Shown one piece after another: positions 16,766 to 25,607 of a DNA stretch of 45,291 bases; the first letter of the stretch is position 1; each line of letters starts with the position of its first letter. The position numbers were made by a program, and so were the translations under genes. The notes beneath the pieces were generated by a model, which was not told the DNA's origin, did no database searches, and worked only from the letters and a program-made list of their open reading frames with translations. This DNA is from a virus (lineage: Duplodnaviria > Caudoviricetes), in IMG/VR virus record IMGVR_UViG_3300020044_000702, positions 1 to 45,291 of that record; one strand, written 5' to 3'.

Positions 16766-17392
16766 GTGCCATCAGCATATACCACACTACTCAAGCTGGT
16801 TCAGCCAGTAACCGGGGAACTCACGAATACGTGGGGTAGCACAGTCAACTCTACGCTTACCCAGTTTATTGAGAATGCCATCGCTGGCTACCAAAGCCAG
16901 AGCGTGACCAGTGGTGACTGGACTTTGTCCACAACCACTCCCGGCGACACCGCCAATCCATCAACCAACGCTGCTCGTTATGCCATCCTGATCGCTACAG
17001 GTGCGCCCGGCACGACCCGCTACATCTACGCCCCTCAGTTGAGTAAGACGTACGTGGTCATCAACAACTGTACTGACCAAAGCTCAATCTTTGTCCGGGG
17101 CGGCACATCCAGTTCATACACAACCGGCGTTGAGATTGAAGCCTTGGGTTCAGCTTTGATTGCATGGGATTCCACGGCAAACAGTGGCGCAGGTGACTAC
17201 GTCAAAATCGCAGGCGGTGGCGGCGGAGCCGCTGGTACAGGCAGTAACCAAGTGTTCTTCCAGAATGACCTGACAGTCACAGGAAGCTACACCATCCCGA
17301 CCGGCAAGAATGCTGGTACGTTTGGCCCCATCACAGTAAATTCCGGTGTCACAGTTACAGTTCCAAGCGGTTCTGTCTGGACAGTTGTTTAA
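16766..17392 (+). CDS. Tail fibre proximal protein with the same C-terminal module
   Basis: GTG start after AAGGAG. TGE...TWG...N N-terminus, ends GPITVNSGVTVTVPSGSVWTVV. Confidence 0.75.
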   Translation: MPSAYTTLLKLVQPVTGELTNTWGSTVNSTLTQFIENAIAGYQSQSVTSGDWTLSTTTPGDTANPSTNAARYAILIATGAPGTTRYIYAPQLSKTYVVINNCTDQSSIFVRGGTSSSYTTGVEIEALGSALIAWDSTANSGAGDYVKIAGGGGGAAGTGSNQVFFQNDLTVTGSYTIPTGKNAGTFGPITVNSGVTVTVPSGSVWTVV

Positions 17393-17401
17393 GGAGAACA
17401 C

Positions 17402-18037
17402 ATGAGTTCAGTAGCACTTCAAGGGAATGCAAGCGGCGCAGGCGCGTTTGTCATTGCATCTCCCAATTCAAGCAACAGCAGAACATTGACACTGCCTGAT
17501 GCCACAACTACGCTGGTAGGCACAGATGCAACGCAAACGCTGACCAATAAGACAATTCAAGGTGGAGCGATTACATCTGGTACGGCTGTTACCCTTACTA
17601 CGCAAACGTCTGTAGACTTTACTTCCATACCGTCATGGGTGAAGCGCATTACCGTGATGTTTAATGGCATAAGTACAAATGGAACAAATAGTTATTTAAT
17701 TCAATTAGGCGATTCAGGTGGTATTGAGACAACAGGTTACACTTCTACTGCGTCTCGGATAAGCACTACAGTACTTACGCAAAATTCTACCGCTGGTTTT
17801 ATTTTGCTTGGTGGTGCGGCAGCAGCAGCAGCAACTTATTCTGCGGTTTACTATATTAGCTTGCTGTCTACAAACCTTTGGTGTTTGCAAGGGACTATGT
17901 CAGATACTGTAAACACACAAACTCAAATTACTGCTGGGTCAAAAACACTTTCTGACACGTTGACGCAAATTCGCATCACAACCGTAGGTGGGACAGACAC
18001 ATTTGACGCTGGTTCAATCAACATTCTTTACGAGTAA
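17402..18037 (+). CDS. Putative receptor-binding / distal fibre protein, paralog 1
   Basis: RTLTLPDAT, TQTLTNKT and C-terminal domain DFTSIPSWVKRITV...GTDTFDAGSINILYE. Confidence 0.72.
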   Translation: MSSVALQGNASGAGAFVIASPNSSNSRTLTLPDATTTLVGTDATQTLTNKTIQGGAITSGTAVTLTTQTSVDFTSIPSWVKRITVMFNGISTNGTNSYLIQLGDSGGIETTGYTSTASRISTTVLTQNSTAGFILLGGAAAAAATYSAVYYISLLSTNLWCLQGTMSDTVNTQTQITAGSKTLSDTLTQIRITTVGGTDTFDAGSINILYE

Positions 18038-18042
18038 TCATC

Positions 18043-18882
18043 ATGACAGCAAAACTCGACGGCACAAACGGACTGATCCAACAGTACGACTACCAAACCC
18101 CAACGACTGGGTTCTCTTACACATTCGCCGCCGGAACAACTGTTCTGGTGATGAACCCTGCTGGTACGCTGGCAACAGGCACAATCACAATGCCTGCGTC
18201 ACCTGCTGATGGCATGACCATCACATTCAGTTCAACCCAGACAATTACTGCGTTGACTGTGAATGCAAATACTGGTCAAAGTATTGTCAGCGCGGCAACG
18301 GTTCTGCCTGCACGACAAGCTGGTGGCTATATATACCGACTGTCAAACACGACTTGGTATCCATACGAGTCAGTACCAACCAACGTGCCAGCAACACCTG
18401 CTGGCGGAAGCATCATCACTTCCGGTACTGCGGTTGCATCTACGTCCGGCACAAGCATTGACTTTACTTCCATACCATCATGGGTAAAGCGCATTACTGT
18501 GATGTACAGCGGAGTTTCAACAAGCTCGACAAGCGTTTATTTAGTTCAGCTAATTACTGGTGCATCAACAGTTGTTAACACTGGATATGTAAGTGCGACT
18601 TCATACGGTAACGGCGGCGTAACCACGGTTACATCAACTGCTGGTTTTATTGTACATGCGGGTGTTACCGCAACAGATTCTGTAAGTGGAATGATTTTTA
18701 TTGGAAATGTTACAGGAAACACTTGGGTAGAAACTGGGAATCTTAATGCTTCAAGTACTGGTCAATTTAACGCTTCTGCTGGGACTGTTTCTCTTGGGGC
18801 GGTTTTAACTGGCGTACGTATCACTATGGCTAACGGCACAGATACCTTTGATGCCGGAACAATCAACATCCTTTACGAGTAA
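18043..18882 (+). CDS. Putative receptor-binding / distal fibre protein, paralog 2
   Basis: Distinct N-terminal domain (PAGTLATGTITMPASPADG) plus the same DFTSIPSWVKR...FDAGTINILYE domain. Confidence 0.72.
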   Translation: MTAKLDGTNGLIQQYDYQTPTTGFSYTFAAGTTVLVMNPAGTLATGTITMPASPADGMTITFSSTQTITALTVNANTGQSIVSAATVLPARQAGGYIYRLSNTTWYPYESVPTNVPATPAGGSIITSGTAVASTSGTSIDFTSIPSWVKRITVMYSGVSTSSTSVYLVQLITGASTVVNTGYVSATSYGNGGVTTVTSTAGFIVHAGVTATDSVSGMIFIGNVTGNTWVETGNLNASSTGQFNASAGTVSLGAVLTGVRITMANGTDTFDAGTINILYE

Positions 18883-18887
18883 ACATC

Positions 18888-19055
18888 ATGACACACAGAA
18901 TTGAAGTTAACGTACAAACAGGCGAAACCACAATCATTGAGTACACGCCTGAAGAGCAAGCTGCATACGATGCAGCAGTTGCACAACAAGAAGCCGCAGC
19001 ATTGGCGGCGCAGCAGCAGGCACAGCCGCCTGCTGAACAAGGAGTTCAAACATGA
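18888..19055 (+). CDS. Small acidic protein, possible fibre assembly chaperone (55 aa, not in ORF track)
   Basis: MTHRIEVNVQTGETTIIEYTPEEQAAYDAAVAQQ..., ATGA overlap with the next gene. Confidence 0.7.
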   Translation: MTHRIEVNVQTGETTIIEYTPEEQAAYDAAVAQQEAAALAAQQQAQPPAEQGVQT

Positions 19056-19681
19056 CAACCACAATTAGCGGATCATCCGGCGTTACGTTTCCCGCAGGTG
19101 GAACAGGCAACACTGCTGGCACAGTTGTTGGTACGACCGACACTCAGACATTGACCAACAAGACTCTGACCAGTCCGACAATCACTGGCGCAGCAGTGAG
19201 TTCAATGGCATCTAGTGTAATTACGTCTGGTACATCTCAAGCAACTACCAGTGGCACTGCAATTCTGTTTACTGGAATACCTTCTTGGGCGAAGCGTGTG
19301 ACAGTAACTTTTGTTGGTGTTTCAACAAGCGGAACAAGCAACACTTTAATTCAGATAGGCGCAGGTTCTGTTGTGTCTACTGGCTACTCTAGTGCGTCGA
19401 GCGTAGTTGGAGCAGCAACCGCAGCAACCGCATCTTCAACAGCAGGTTTTTTATTGAGAAGCAACCAAGCTGCCGCCGTTATAAGCGGCGCAGTTTCTTT
19501 GATTTTAAGCACTGGAAACACATGGGTTGCTTCGGGCGTAACAATAGACACAAGCATTCCGGGTTCTTACACAACAGGCGGTTACTTGGCATTGGGAGGC
19601 TCGCTTGACAGAGTGAACATAACCACCGTCAACGGCACAGACACCTTTGATGCTGGTTCAATCAACATTTTGTACGAGTAA
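19052..19681 (+). CDS. Putative receptor-binding / distal fibre protein, paralog 3
   Basis: TQTLTNKTLTSPTI, FTGIPSWAKRVTV...GTDTFDAGSINILYE. Confidence 0.72.
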   Translation: MTTTISGSSGVTFPAGGTGNTAGTVVGTTDTQTLTNKTLTSPTITGAAVSSMASSVITSGTSQATTSGTAILFTGIPSWAKRVTVTFVGVSTSGTSNTLIQIGAGSVVSTGYSSASSVVGAATAATASSTAGFLLRSNQAAAVISGAVSLILSTGNTWVASGVTIDTSIPGSYTTGGYLALGGSLDRVNITTVNGTDTFDAGSINILYE

Positions 19682-19684
19682 AAA

Positions 19685-20380
19685 ATTGATCCAATATCCC
19701 TCCTCTTTGCGGCAAATGCTTGCGTTGCCGCCATCAAAGAGGGTTGCGAGCTATACAAACAAGCTAAGACATCTTTCATGGAGGTCAAGGCAACGGTTGA
19801 CGAGGCTGTTGGAATTGCACAGGAGGTATATGGCTTTTGGGGGAAACTGGCAAGTATGTTTGGCGGTGCGCCAAAGCCAGTCCAAGTCAAGCCTGTGGCG
19901 AAAAAGAAGGAGAAGTTCGTTGCCGTTGACGAAACCCAAGTCATGGTTGATGTCGTCAAACAACTCACCGAGTTTTTCAAGATTCAGGAACAGTTAGCCG
20001 CACACATCAGGGAGGAAGAAGAGAAGTCCAGAAACGTCTACGAGCCTGACCAGAACCAGATGGAAGCCGCGCTGAAGCGGGTGATGGCGATGGATCAGAT
20101 GGCGGCTCTGGAAGTGACGATCAGGGAAACGATGGTGTACCAGTCACCGCCAGAAATGGGCGCACTGTACAGCAAGGTGTTTGAGATGAGGGATGTAATT
20201 GCTGCCGAGCAAGAAGCAGCCAGATTGGCCCAAGAGCAGAAAGAGCGGAGGCTGACATGGCAACGGCATCAAAGGCAAGCAAATCAAAACCTCAAAGCCG
20301 GGGCAGCCGTCCTAACCCTGATCCTTATCGCATACCTGTGGACATGGTTCCTGTGGCTGAGTCAACTGAGGAAAGTGTGA
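19685..20380 (+). CDS. Coiled-coil protein with C-terminal TM helix (start probably ATT 19685; first ATG 19778)
   Basis: Frame is open from 19682: IDPISLLFAANACVAAIKEGCELYKQAK precedes the ATG. Ends AVLTLILIAYLWTWFLWL. Confidence 0.65.
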   Translation: MDPISLLFAANACVAAIKEGCELYKQAKTSFMEVKATVDEAVGIAQEVYGFWGKLASMFGGAPKPVQVKPVAKKKEKFVAVDETQVMVDVVKQLTEFFKIQEQLAAHIREEEEKSRNVYEPDQNQMEAALKRVMAMDQMAALEVTIRETMVYQSPPEMGALYSKVFEMRDVIAAEQEAARLAQEQKERRLTWQRHQRQANQNLKAGAAVLTLILIAYLWTWFLWLSQLRKV

Positions 20381-20646
20381 TGGGCGTGCTGGGTTGGATT
20401 TTTGCTGTTGTGCTGGTTGCGCTAATGCTACCCATACTTGCGTTCATGTACTTGGATGTGCTGGAAACCAAGGCAGAAGCCAAAGCGCAGATGGAAAAGA
20501 TTGAGAAGCTGCGGCGTGAAGTCGAAAGGAAGAATCGTGACAAAGAGCCTGTTAATTTTGATGACAATCCTGTGTTTGACAGGGTGCGAAGACCGCTTTC
20601 GGTACATGTGCCAAGACCCAAGGAATTGGGGCCGGGAGGAATGTAA
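20380..20646 (+). CDS. N-terminally anchored membrane protein with coiled coil (i-spanin-like topology)
   Basis: MGVLGWIFAVVLVALMLPILAFMYLD then KAEAKAQMEKIEKLRREVE. Coupled to the upstream stop. Confidence 0.62.
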   Translation: MGVLGWIFAVVLVALMLPILAFMYLDVLETKAEAKAQMEKIEKLRREVERKNRDKEPVNFDDNPVFDRVRRPLSVHVPRPKELGPGGM

Positions 20647-20716
20647 GCACCCGATGTGCAACGCCAAAGGCACTTGTCCTGAAATGCTTGTCCCACCTGA
20701 ACCGGAGAAAAAATGA
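20537..20716 (+). CDS. Small Cys-rich lipoprotein overlapping the previous gene
   Basis: GTG start 6 nt after AAAGGA. Signal peptide II with lipobox LTGC, mature CEDRFRYMCQDPRNWGREECKHPMCNAKGTCPE. Confidence 0.7.
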   Translation: MTKSLLILMTILCLTGCEDRFRYMCQDPRNWGREECKHPMCNAKGTCPEMLVPPEPEKK

Positions 20717-21036
20717 TGCCTACAGTCGTAATGAATCAAAAGCAACGCCTGAGCGTTGAAGAGATTGAAGTCCGTGTCTGGGCTTTTGTCATCGTCATCT
20801 TGGTGCTGATCCTGTTTGGATCGGTCGGAGCATTCCTGTACAGCGTTTCATTTGTCGAACAGCCGATGGTGGGCATGGCCCCCATCGACAAGGTTTACAC
20901 GCAGCAAATCAGCACCATCATGGTGTTCATCACCGGCGTGCTTGGCGGTGTTGCTGGTCGCTCTGGGGTTAAGGCAGTAGCCACAGCCATCTCCAAATCC
21001 GAAGCCAATGACAACGACGAGCCGCCCAAGCCATGA
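20713..21036 (+). CDS. Two-TM membrane protein, holin candidate
   Basis: VWAFVIVILVLILFGSVGAFLYSV and ISTIMVFITGVLGGVAG, charged C-terminus, inside the lysis cassette. Confidence 0.6.
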   Translation: MMPTVVMNQKQRLSVEEIEVRVWAFVIVILVLILFGSVGAFLYSVSFVEQPMVGMAPIDKVYTQQISTIMVFITGVLGGVAGRSGVKAVATAISKSEANDNDEPPKP

Positions 21037-21512
21037 GCGTGTTCAACCCCTACGTCTTGCTTGGCATTGCCTTTGCCGTACTCAGCAGCTTCGGCGGCGG
21101 GTATTACAAGGGCAAGCGTGATGAGATTGCACGCCAGCAGATTGAGATTGCCGGTTTAAACGCAAAGGCCCGGGAAACAGAACAGCGCATGGCAGAGGTT
21201 GCCCAGACTTACGCCGAGACTTTAAGGAAAGCAAATGATGTTGCAAAGAGCAAAGAAACTAAGCTGCGTGCTGATATTGCCACTGGTGAGCGCAAGCTGT
21301 TCATTCCTGTCAAAGCCCCCGAGTGCGCCGTTCCAGCCGCCGCAGATTCCCCCGCTCCCAGCGGAAATACAGAAACAAGAGCCGAGCTTGACGGACGAAC
21401 TGCTCAAGCTCTTGTCGATCTCACCAGCCGAGGCGACAAAGCCATCCGCGATCTCAACACCTGCATCACCCTCTACAACGAAACCTACCAAGCTTTGAAA
21501 GGGAAACCATGA
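21033..21512 (+). CDS. Rz: i-spanin (Rz-like)
   Basis: N-terminal TM, coiled coil, LRADIATGERKLFIPV...C...AELD...LNTC, and an embedded lipoprotein gene. Confidence 0.85.
   Translation: MSVFNPYVLLGIAFAVLSSFGGGYYKGKRDEIARQQIEIAGLNAKARETEQRMAEVAQTYAETLRKANDVAKSKETKLRADIATGERKLFIPVKAPECAVPAAADSPAPSGNTETRAELDGRTAQALVDLTSRGDKAIRDLNTCITLYNETYQALKGKP
21235..21498 (+). CDS. Rz1: o-spanin (Rz1-like) embedded in Rz, +1 frame
   Basis: RBS AAGGA. LSCVLILPLVSASC signal/lipobox followed by Pro-rich KPPSAPFQPPQIPPLPAEI, like lambda Rz1. Confidence 0.8.
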   Translation: MMLQRAKKLSCVLILPLVSASCSFLSKPPSAPFQPPQIPPLPAEIQKQEPSLTDELLKLLSISPAEATKPSAISTPASPSTTKPTKL

Positions 21513-21973
21513 ATCTGACCGCCAACTTCTCTTTGCACGAACTGACCAAATCAGAAACAGCCTTGCGCATGGGCTTGGACAACACACCCGACAGCGAGGC
21601 CACAGAGAACCTGCGCAACCTGTGTGTAAACGTTCTTCAGAAGGTACGTGACCATTACGGCAAGGGCGTGAAGGTGAACTCTGCCTATCGCAGCCCTGAA
21701 TCAAACGCCGCTGTAGGCGGCTCCAAGACATCAGACCACTGCAAAGGCATGGCAGCAGACATTGAGATTCCCGGCGTACCCAACGCCGAGCTTGCCCAAT
21801 GGATCATGGATAACTTAGAATACACCCAACTCATTCTTGAGTTCTACACCCCCGGCATCCCTGATAGTGGCTGGGTGCATGTGTCCTACGACCCGAACAA
21901 CCTGAAGAAACAGGAGTTGACTGCGATGAAGGTGGCTGGTAAAACCCAGTATGTTCCCGGACTTGTAGCCTGA
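21509..21973 (+). CDS. Endolysin, peptidase M15A family
   Basis: NFSLHELTKS, SAYRS..N..VGGS..SDHCKGMAADI, WVHVS Zn-binding motifs. Confidence 0.88.
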   Translation: MNLTANFSLHELTKSETALRMGLDNTPDSEATENLRNLCVNVLQKVRDHYGKGVKVNSAYRSPESNAAVGGSKTSDHCKGMAADIEIPGVPNAELAQWIMDNLEYTQLILEFYTPGIPDSGWVHVSYDPNNLKKQELTAMKVAGKTQYVPGLVA

Positions 21974-21977
21974 TGCC

Positions 21978-22535
21978 ATGCAAAAAAATTGCAATAAATG
22001 CAAAACCAATAAACCTGTAAGTAGTTTTTATGCAAATAAGCGCATGAAAGACGGACTAAACACGTTTTGCATTTCTTGCCACAAGGCAGACAATCTTTTG
22101 CGTAAAGCCAAGTTGAGGTCAGATTCGCAATTCAAAGCCGCCGAACAAGCGGCAAAAAAAGAATACAGAGAACGTACGGTAAATCAAAGGGCTGCATATA
22201 TGCAAGTCTGGAGAAGACGTAATGCAGATAGCCTTCTTGTGTATGGTAAAAAATATCGCGCCAAAAATAAAGCTCTTGTAAATTTTCTATGTCAAAAAAG
22301 AAAAATAGCGTTACTTTTTAGAACGCCAAAATGGCTTGAGGAAGATGATTTTTGGATGATCGAACAGGCATACGATCTTGCGGCGTTACGCACAGCGCAA
22401 TTTGGTTTTCCGTGGCATGTGGATCATAAAATACCGCTGAGGGGAGATAAAGTGTCTGGTTTGCATGTACCAAATAATTTGCAAGTGATACCGGCAAAGC
22501 AGAATCAACAAAAAACAAATAAGTTTGAGGTGTGA
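21978..22535 (+). CDS. Free-standing HNH endonuclease
   Basis: N-terminal CNKC...CISC, WHVDHKIPLRG..VSGLHVPNNLQVIPA..N..K.N. AT-rich. Confidence 0.85.
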   Translation: MQKNCNKCKTNKPVSSFYANKRMKDGLNTFCISCHKADNLLRKAKLRSDSQFKAAEQAAKKEYRERTVNQRAAYMQVWRRRNADSLLVYGKKYRAKNKALVNFLCQKRKIALLFRTPKWLEEDDFWMIEQAYDLAALRTAQFGFPWHVDHKIPLRGDKVSGLHVPNNLQVIPAKQNQQKTNKFEV

Positions 22536-22536
22536 T

Positions 22537-24912
22537 ATGCCATTGCAAAAAATGATTTTTAAGCCGGGCGTAAATAAAGAGAATACACGGTATACAAATG
22601 AAGGCGGCTATTACGACTGCGACAAGATTCGCTTTCGACAAGGAACCCCTGAAAAGATTGGTGGCTGGAGTCAAATCTCTACCTACACATACGAAGGCGC
22701 ATGTCGGTCTTTGTGGTCATGGGCATCCCTTGCGGGAAGCGTCTATGTTGGGGTTGGAACGTACTTGAAGTTTTACATTGAGCAGGGCGGTGCGTACAAC
22801 GATGTCACGCCGGTTCGGTCGTACTCAACCGGATTGAGCGGCCCATTTGCCGCCACCGCAAGCTCAACCACCGTCACAGTCACAAGCGCATCACATGGCG
22901 CGACGACCGGCGACTACGTCACATTCCTTGGCGCTGTAGCACTCAGCACCCAGACGTTTACACGCTCATCTGCAACCAACTTTGTTTTGACCACGGCACT
23001 TGCTGCCAACACCCCGGTGATTCTTTCAGTATCTTCTGGCGGCTCTTTGCCAACCGGCCTGATCGCAGACAACGTGTACTACATCAAGGTGGTATCTGGC
23101 ACAACCGTTCAGTTTGCCAACGTACCCAGCGGAGCAGCAATCAGCACCACAACGGCTGGCTCCGGCACATTCTCTCTGTATGTAGACAGTGGCTTGACAG
23201 CCGCTGTTTTGAACAGCAGTTTTGCTGTTACTGTTATTGACGGCAATTCATTCACCATCACCACTCCTGTGGCGGCGGGTGTCTACGACACTGGTAGTGG
23301 CGGCACAGTTAATGCCTACTACGAGATTCATATTGGCGCAGATGATGCGCAGCCTTTGACTGGATGGGGCGCAGGCTCATGGGGGTCAGGCTCATGGGGT
23401 ACAGGACAATTAGGAACACAAGCAGCCCGGCTCTGGTATCAAAACAACTTTGGTCAGGACTTGATTTACGGATACCGTGGTGGCCCGTTGTATTACTGGA
23501 ACGCCTACATTGGCACGGAGCGAAAACCCTTCACAATTACTATCGCTGCACCCGGTGTGGTTACGCTTGGCAGCGGGGCTTTGCTTGATGGAACTGCGGT
23601 TGTCTTTGAGTCCACCGGATCATTGCCGACCGGCTTAACAATTGGCACTGTGTACTATGTAGGCGGGGTATCCGGCAGTACTTGTAAATTGGCTACAACC
23701 TACGCGAATGCGCTGGCAGGCACGTACATCACAACATCTGGCACGCAGTCAGGTACACATTACATTCTGCCCAACGGCATCCCTGTGACATCGCTGGGTG
23801 GGGCATCTGATGTTCCCGACTACGTCAATTACATGATGGTGTCTGATGCCAGTCGCTTCACAATTGCATTTGGCTGTACGCCTTTTGGCGGCGGTGACTT
23901 AGACCCCATGCTGATCCGCTGGTCAGACCAAGAATCTGTGGTCAACTGGACACCTGCGGTAACCAATCAGGCGGGTTACATTCGCTTGTCGCATGGCTCA
24001 CAAATCCTGACGGCAGTTCAGGCTCGTCAAGAGATCGTGGTCTTCACGGATACATCCATATATTCCATGCAGTACCTTGGCCCACCCTACATCTGGGGTA
24101 CGCAACTTCTGGGTGACAACGTGTCCATAGCCGGGTACAACACAGCCATCATTGCATCAGGCGTTGTGTACTGGATGGGTGTGGATAAGTTCTACAAATA
24201 CGATGGTCGAGTTGCCACCCTGCGCTGTGACTTGCGCCAGTTCATCTATAGCGACATTAACCTTGACCAGCAAACGCAGTTCTTTGCCGGAACAAACGAA
24301 GGCTTCAACGAAATTTGGTGGTTTTACTGTACCGCCAACTCTACGGTCATCGACCGCTATGTTGTGTACAACTACGCTGAAGACATTTGGTACTACGGCT
24401 CAATGGGCAGGACAGCTTGGCTGGACTCTGGTCTGACCAACTACCCGCTGGCAGCAACGTACAGCTACAACTTGGTGTTCCATGAGTACGGGGTTGACGA
24501 CAACACCACCGAGACAACGCAGGCGATTGAGGCGTACATCACTTCATCGCAGTACGACATTGGTGACGGACACAATTTTGGGTTTGTTTGGCGTATCGTG
24601 CCTGACCTTACCTTCCGTGGCTCGTCTACTACAGGGGAGACTCCGCAGATCACCATGCAGTTGCTGCCACTCCAAAACTCTGGATCAGGCTACAACGACC
24701 CAGTGGAATCAGGCAACCAATCGGTTGGCGGGGTCAGCTACGCCAATATTGACCGGGTTGGCACATACACCGTGGATCAGTTCACAGGTCAGGTTTACAC
24801 GCGGGTGCGCGGTCGCCAGATGGCTATGAAGATCTCATCCAATCGGATTGGAACCATGTGGCAGCTTGGTGCGCCTCGTATAGATGTGCGTCCTGATGGG
24901 CGACGAAGCTGA
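22537..24912 (+). CDS. Tail nozzle / tail tubular protein B (P22 gp10-like)
   Basis: Start ATG 22537 (MPLQKMIFKPGVNKE). IRFRQGTPEKIGGW, IRWSDQE, NEIWWFY, RVRGRQ...RPDGRR, beta-propeller-like. Confidence 0.75.
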   Translation: MPLQKMIFKPGVNKENTRYTNEGGYYDCDKIRFRQGTPEKIGGWSQISTYTYEGACRSLWSWASLAGSVYVGVGTYLKFYIEQGGAYNDVTPVRSYSTGLSGPFAATASSTTVTVTSASHGATTGDYVTFLGAVALSTQTFTRSSATNFVLTTALAANTPVILSVSSGGSLPTGLIADNVYYIKVVSGTTVQFANVPSGAAISTTTAGSGTFSLYVDSGLTAAVLNSSFAVTVIDGNSFTITTPVAAGVYDTGSGGTVNAYYEIHIGADDAQPLTGWGAGSWGSGSWGTGQLGTQAARLWYQNNFGQDLIYGYRGGPLYYWNAYIGTERKPFTITIAAPGVVTLGSGALLDGTAVVFESTGSLPTGLTIGTVYYVGGVSGSTCKLATTYANALAGTYITTSGTQSGTHYILPNGIPVTSLGGASDVPDYVNYMMVSDASRFTIAFGCTPFGGGDLDPMLIRWSDQESVVNWTPAVTNQAGYIRLSHGSQILTAVQARQEIVVFTDTSIYSMQYLGPPYIWGTQLLGDNVSIAGYNTAIIASGVVYWMGVDKFYKYDGRVATLRCDLRQFIYSDINLDQQTQFFAGTNEGFNEIWWFYCTANSTVIDRYVVYNYAEDIWYYGSMGRTAWLDSGLTNYPLAATYSYNLVFHEYGVDDNTTETTQAIEAYITSSQYDIGDGHNFGFVWRIVPDLTFRGSSTTGETPQITMQLLPLQNSGSGYNDPVESGNQSVGGVSYANIDRVGTYTVDQFTGQVYTRVRGRQMAMKISSNRIGTMWQLGAPRIDVRPDGRRS

Positions 24913-25595
24913 TGGCTACCTTTGATCCAAAAACACTTGATTTCCGCAACCCGGTAGCTCCAAACCTGCCACTTGCGCCGGGAGAGTATGAGCGTCAGTT
25001 TCAAGATCAGTTTGAGAACATTCTGCGTCTGTACTTTAATCAACTTGATAACGCTTTTGGGTCATTGCTTGGCCCGACCGGCGGCAAGTACATCAAGTTC
25101 CCTTATGGCGCTTTCTCAAGCGACCAAGATCAAACCACAACAGCCAACACAGCAACGCTGATGACGCTGAACACCACGGACTTCTCCAACGGTGTGTCTA
25201 TCGACACATCCAAGATCAGGGTAGCCAACGCTGGGATTTACAACCTACAGTTCAGTGCGCAGTTCCAGAACACCGACAACCAAATCCAAGACATCAGCAT
25301 TTGGCTGAGACAAGGCAATGATGGCGGCTCATCCGCAGACATTACGGGTTCAACCGGTTTTGTATCTATACCGGCTCGAAAGAGTGCGTCAGCAGGTGAA
25401 GAGGCGCATGAAATTGTTGGGTGGAATTACTTTCTTTCTATGAACGTGGATGACTACGTCCAAATATGGTGGTCAACTACCAATGCGTCTGTGACCATCC
25501 AGTACTACCCAGCGTCTACCAGTCCGGTTCGACCATCCACTCAGTCTGTCGTGGCAACGCTTTCGTTCGTCTCAAGACTACCCACAGAGACCTGA
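24912..25595 (+). CDS. Putative tail-associated protein with C-terminal beta-sandwich
   Basis: APNLPLAP.EY...LRLYFNQLD, PYGAF, GIYNLQFSAQ, DYVQIWW. Confidence 0.68.
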   Translation: MATFDPKTLDFRNPVAPNLPLAPGEYERQFQDQFENILRLYFNQLDNAFGSLLGPTGGKYIKFPYGAFSSDQDQTTTANTATLMTLNTTDFSNGVSIDTSKIRVANAGIYNLQFSAQFQNTDNQIQDISIWLRQGNDGGSSADITGSTGFVSIPARKSASAGEEAHEIVGWNYFLSMNVDDYVQIWWSTTNASVTIQYYPASTSPVRPSTQSVVATLSFVSRLPTET

Positions 25596-25598
25596 AAA

Positions 25599-25607
25599 TG
25601 GTACTAT
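25599..25607 (+). promoter_or_regulatory. Possible extended -10 promoter upstream of the ejection genes
   Basis: TG-G-TACTAT in the short intergenic gap. No clear -35. Confidence 0.35.

Noticed and set aside
17402-19681. Diversity-generating retroelement acting on the three similar gene ends
   Set aside because: No reverse transcriptase in the window, all copies are coding, and differences are mostly synonymous rather than adenine-specific.
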